In this document: piece by piece, positions 60,874 to 64,000 of the stretch
Numbering within the stretch: the stretch's first letter is position 1
How the letters are laid out: each line of letters starts with the position of its first letter
Origin: a bacterium
Lineage (GTDB): Bacteria > SZUA-182 > DTGQ01 > JAFGSM01
Direction of reading: 5' to 3'
Length of the DNA stretch: 64,000 nucleotides
Assembly (NCBI GenBank): GCA_049472335.1
Contig: JBLIRO010000002.1
Coordinates: 80,949-144,948 of the forward strand
Notes under the pieces: generated by a model
Databases searched by the model: none
What the model saw: the letters and a program-made list of their open reading frames with translations, nothing else
Told to the model about the DNA's origin: nothing
Position numbers and translations under genes: made by a program

Positions 60874-61134
60874 TCACCCTTCCGATATTATCCCAAATGT
60901 CTTTTCATATTGCTCGATAGACTTCTGAAGCATTTTAGCTAAAGTCTTGGCATAGATTGGACTGGTAATGATTCTGGTATGTAAATGTTCTTCATCGTTT
61001 CCAGGAAAAAATTGAATGAACTCTAGTACGAATTCGAAAGCATTCTGACCTATCTTAAAATAATTAGCGTATCTTCCTTCAATATGGCAATTACTATCTG
61101 GTTTTGGTTTAACTTTTTTCATTCTATTTCTCAT
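60874..61134 (-). CDS. DUF3467-like small protein
   Basis: GRYANYF.IG.N..EFVLEF, RIITSP.YAK motifs. Confidence 0.7.
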   Translation of the reverse strand: MRNRMKKVKPKPDSNCHIEGRYANYFKIGQNAFEFVLEFIQFFPGNDEEHLHTRIITSPIYAKTLAKMLQKSIEQYEKTFGIISEG

Positions 61135-61203
61135 TCTTTTTAAAGTTTACAAAAACAAAAAACATTAAAAAACTAAATTGATTTTATCAATTAATTGTAT
61201 ATA

Positions 61204-61220
61204 AGCAATACACATACCCA
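61204..61220 (-). promoter_or_regulatory. sigma54 -24/-12 promoter
   Basis: Minus strand TG-GG-TATGTGTATT-GC-T: GG (61218-61217), 10 nt, GC (61206-61205), with TTGC. Confidence 0.65.
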
Positions 61221-61314
61221 CTGCTTGATAAAAAAATAATTATATTGAAATATGAATTATATCAAATAGTTATTATAAATTTTTTTTAAACTTATTTTCT
61301 TAATCAATAGAAAA

Positions 61315-61379
61315 TGTAACAGAAAATGTTACACTTTTTATCAAAAAGTGTAACAGAAAGTGTTACAAATAATGTTACA
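61315..61379. promoter_or_regulatory. Enhancer (UAS) palindromes TGTAACA-N5-TGTTACA x2 plus an extra half-site
   Basis: 61315-61333 and 61349-61367; half-sites at 61373-61379 and 61425-61431; about 100-160 bp upstream of the sigma54 promoter. Confidence 0.7.
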
Positions 61380-61549
61380 CATGACCTGATTATTTGAAAT
61401 AAAAGAGAAAAATTATTTTACTGATGTTACAGTTCTGGGTCGGTTGCAAATTTGTCCCGGATACTGTGCCTTTAATTGTCATGAGATGCCGAATGTGGAT
61501 CTGATTTCAAGTCTGAATAGATTTCAAATGCAGGATCTGAGTTTATAAC

Positions 61550-62932
61550 CTATGAATTGTTTTTTATTGGCATCGATGAGATCCGGTACTTTGCCATCTT
61601 CCGGTAGAGGGTCATTCTGGACCATTTAAGCATCTGAGCACATTTGCTCTTGTTCCAGCTTGTAGCCAGGAGGGCGGAAAGAAGCTCTTCTTTCTCGTTT
61701 TTATTCTGATTGTTGTGCCCTTTTAACTTTTTTTGGAACATTTCCGGCAGGTCCACAAAAGAAATCTTTTGGGAAGGAAGATTAATAAAGGTAGCCTCGA
61801 TGATATTCTTGAGTTCCCTAATGTTTCCCGGCCAGCTATAACCGATCAGTAGAGATAAAGCCTCTTCGGTAAGACCCTCTACTTCCAGACCGAATTGGTT
61901 ATTAAATTTCCGGATATAGTATTCGATTAAGGGAATAATGTCTTCCTTTCGGTCGCGCAATGGAGGTATATGTATACGGGCTATATTGAGCCGGTAATAT
62001 AAGTCTTCCCTGAACTTGCCCTCTGCGACCATTTGTTCCGGATTCCGGTTTGTAGCGGCAATAATCCTGGCACTTAAGGGAATTGCTTTATTCCCGCCTC
62101 CCAGGCGATATACCTCTTTTCTTTCGATAACACTAAGGATCTTGGATTGTGAGCATAGGTTCATGTCTCCTATCTCATCCAAAAAAATAGTCCCTTGATC
62201 AGCCATCTCTAGTTTGCCTCGTTTCGTTGCCATAGCCCCGGTAAAGGCACCTCGTTCATATCCAAACAACTCGCTTTCCAGAAGATTTTCCGGAAGGGAG
62301 GCACAGTTTATATGTACAAATGGTTTATCGCTATTCAGGCTTTTAGTGTGGATTAGCTCTGCAGTCAATTCCTTTCCTGTGCCTGTTTCACCGGTGATGA
62401 GAACGGTACTGTCTGTAGTAGCAGCTTTCAGTATATAAGACTTGATATTACGAACTGATTCGCTTTGGCCTATTATAAAATGAACTTCATTCGAGTCAGA
62501 AGCATTTAAATTAAGTCCTGCTAAAGGTTGATAGGAAGAAATAGACAGATTTCGATTGATGCTTTCCATCAGATCTCTGAATAAAAAAGGCTGCTTGAAG
62601 TAGTCGTTGACCCCTGCCCTAAGTGCATCTATTATCCTGTCTTCAGAGCTATATTTAGTAATCAATATAATTGGAACCTTTTTATCCTGCATACGTATAT
62701 GCTTTATTATCTCTATTTCATTAAGGTTGTTTTCCAGGGAAGAATTTATAATTATAAGATTTGGTTTGCTGTATTGAAAAAATCGTATAATACTAATCTT
62801 ATCTAAAGCCTCGATGATTTCAAATCCTTGATTGGATAAATGTCTTTTGAAGTTTTGATTCGGTATCTTATGCCAGTTAGCTATCAGAATTGTTGGCTTG
62901 GACATAATCGTCACACTTCCTTTTTCTTTCAT
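61550..62932 (-). CDS. sigma54-dependent activator (bEBP) with degenerate receiver domain
   Basis: GETGTGKE, GAFTGA, FLDEIG, FREDLYYRL, WPGNIREL, Fis-type HTH; receiver Asp positions read ILIANWH and LIIINSS. Confidence 0.9.
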   Translation of the reverse strand: MKEKGSVTIMSKPTILIANWHKIPNQNFKRHLSNQGFEIIEALDKISIIRFFQYSKPNLIIINSSLENNLNEIEIIKHIRMQDKKVPIILITKYSSEDRIIDALRAGVNDYFKQPFLFRDLMESINRNLSISSYQPLAGLNLNASDSNEVHFIIGQSESVRNIKSYILKAATTDSTVLITGETGTGKELTAELIHTKSLNSDKPFVHINCASLPENLLESELFGYERGAFTGAMATKRGKLEMADQGTIFLDEIGDMNLCSQSKILSVIERKEVYRLGGGNKAIPLSARIIAATNRNPEQMVAEGKFREDLYYRLNIARIHIPPLRDRKEDIIPLIEYYIRKFNNQFGLEVEGLTEEALSLLIGYSWPGNIRELKNIIEATFINLPSQKISFVDLPEMFQKKLKGHNNQNKNEKEELLSALLATSWNKSKCAQMLKWSRMTLYRKMAKYRISSMPIKNNS

Positions 62933-63374
62933 ATCTATTCAAGTCTATTCAAGTTTGTCATTTTATAAAGAGTTAGTAAAAAGTCACAAATCAACCGGAC
63001 AAAATTTTAAAATAAGCATTAGTTGGTTTTTGTCAATGGAAACCAAGACAAAAAAATAATTTAAAAGTTTGAAGTTAGGAAGAGAAAGCAAAGATGTAAT
63101 AGAAGTGTTTCTAAATAATCAAGTTAAACTTAAATTTCATTAAAATATTTTTTCAATAACTTTCTATCCTCCTATTCTATTAGCCCCAAGAAATGATTAT
63201 GGGTAATTGAAAAGTATTGCTATATTAACTATCTATATTATAATCCATTAAAATAACTTTTTCAATAATGCTTAATCCTCATATGGGATCATGTCAAAGT
63301 TAAATGATTTAGGCTTGATTTCAATAAGGATGTTACAGTGAATCCACTTGTTAACTCCCGTCAATAATTTTGTC

Positions 63375-64000
63375 TCAATTTAATCTTTTGGAAAGACTGC
63401 CAGAGATATCTGTTGCCGGAGCGGATGCGGTCAGGGGACTAGCGGAGAAATCGGCGACAGGGGGTTCGGATACGGTAATGTAGCCGGTCTTTGTTTCATT
63501 ATCCGACCATCCCGAGCCGACAGCAAACAGAGAGACCGTGTATGTGCCCGCATTGTTATAGGTGTGAGTGGGGTTCTTAAAACTTGAGTAGCTTCCGTCC
63601 CCGAAATTCCAGCTCCAGGAGAAGGGATTACCTGTGGATAGATTGGTAAAGTTCACTGTAAGGGGTGCGGGGCCGGTCAGGGGGGTTGCTGAGAAATCGG
63701 CGCACGGGGGAGGTGTTACGGAAATGTAATCAACCTTTGTCTCGTTATCCGAGCCTTCGGCATTGGCAACGGTCAGAGAGACCGAATAGGCGCCCGCGCT
63801 ATTAAAGGTGTAAGTAGGGTTCCTTTGAACGGATGAGCCGGAGCCGTCACCGAAGTCCCAGGCCCAGGATGTAGGATTGCCTGTGGAAAGATCAGTGAAG
63901 CTCACGGTTGCCGGAGCGGATGCGGTCAGGGGACTAGCGGAGAAATCGGCGACAGGGGGTTCGGATACGGTAATGTAGCCGGTCTTTGTTTCATTATCCG
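63375..64000 (-). CDS. PKD-repeat surface protein, 3' part (5' end outside the window)
   Basis: Frame open from the window end; ADFSA.PL, W.W.FGDG, NPT.T...AG.Y.VSL repeats; ends in a truncated repeat. Confidence 0.85.
   Translation of the reverse strand, partial: DNETKTGYITVSEPPVADFSASPLTASAPATVSFTDLSTGNPTSWAWDFGDGSGSSVQRNPTYTFNSAGAYSVSLTVANAEGSDNETKVDYISVTPPPCADFSATPLTGPAPLTVNFTNLSTGNPFSWSWNFGDGSYSSFKNPTHTYNNAGTYTVSLFAVGSGWSDNETKTGYITVSEPPVADFSASPLTASAPATDISGSLSKRLN
63412..64000. repeat. Identical direct repeat of at least 94 bp, 495-bp period
   Basis: 63412-63505 matches 63907-64000. Confidence 0.85.

Overview
A 64-kb, mostly chromosomal-looking window from an anaerobic Gram-negative bacterium with Desulfobacterota-like gene content (lineage is inference). 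In order it carries: branched-chain amino acid genes (ilvN fragment, two tandem ilvB, ilvD); [NiFe] maturation genes hypB, hypF and an inverted hypE around a PEP-CTERM gene; a selenocysteine-containing Tat-exported formate dehydrogenase fdnGHI, split in the ORF track at an in-frame UGA; tldD and archaeal-type aroA'/aroB'; a tight operon of a large HPr-fusion protein, two divergent NDKs and malic enzyme; signalling genes, a citrate synthase with an insertion and two unusual Pro-rich secreted proteins; and a surface island (radC, degenerate nucleotidyltransferase, 4x-repeat Ig-like lipoprotein, beta-barrel, complete Flp/Tad pilus locus with extra genes). The Tad locus lies behind a sigma54 promoter, palindromic enhancer sites and a pseudo-receiver activator, and a PKD-repeat gene is cut by the window end. 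Best candidates for undescribed systems: the HPr-NDK-NDK-malic enzyme operon, the extended sigma54-controlled Tad locus, and start-less perfect Shine-Dalgarno leaders in front of two putative structural genes. No rRNA, tRNA, CRISPR array or intact transposase was seen.
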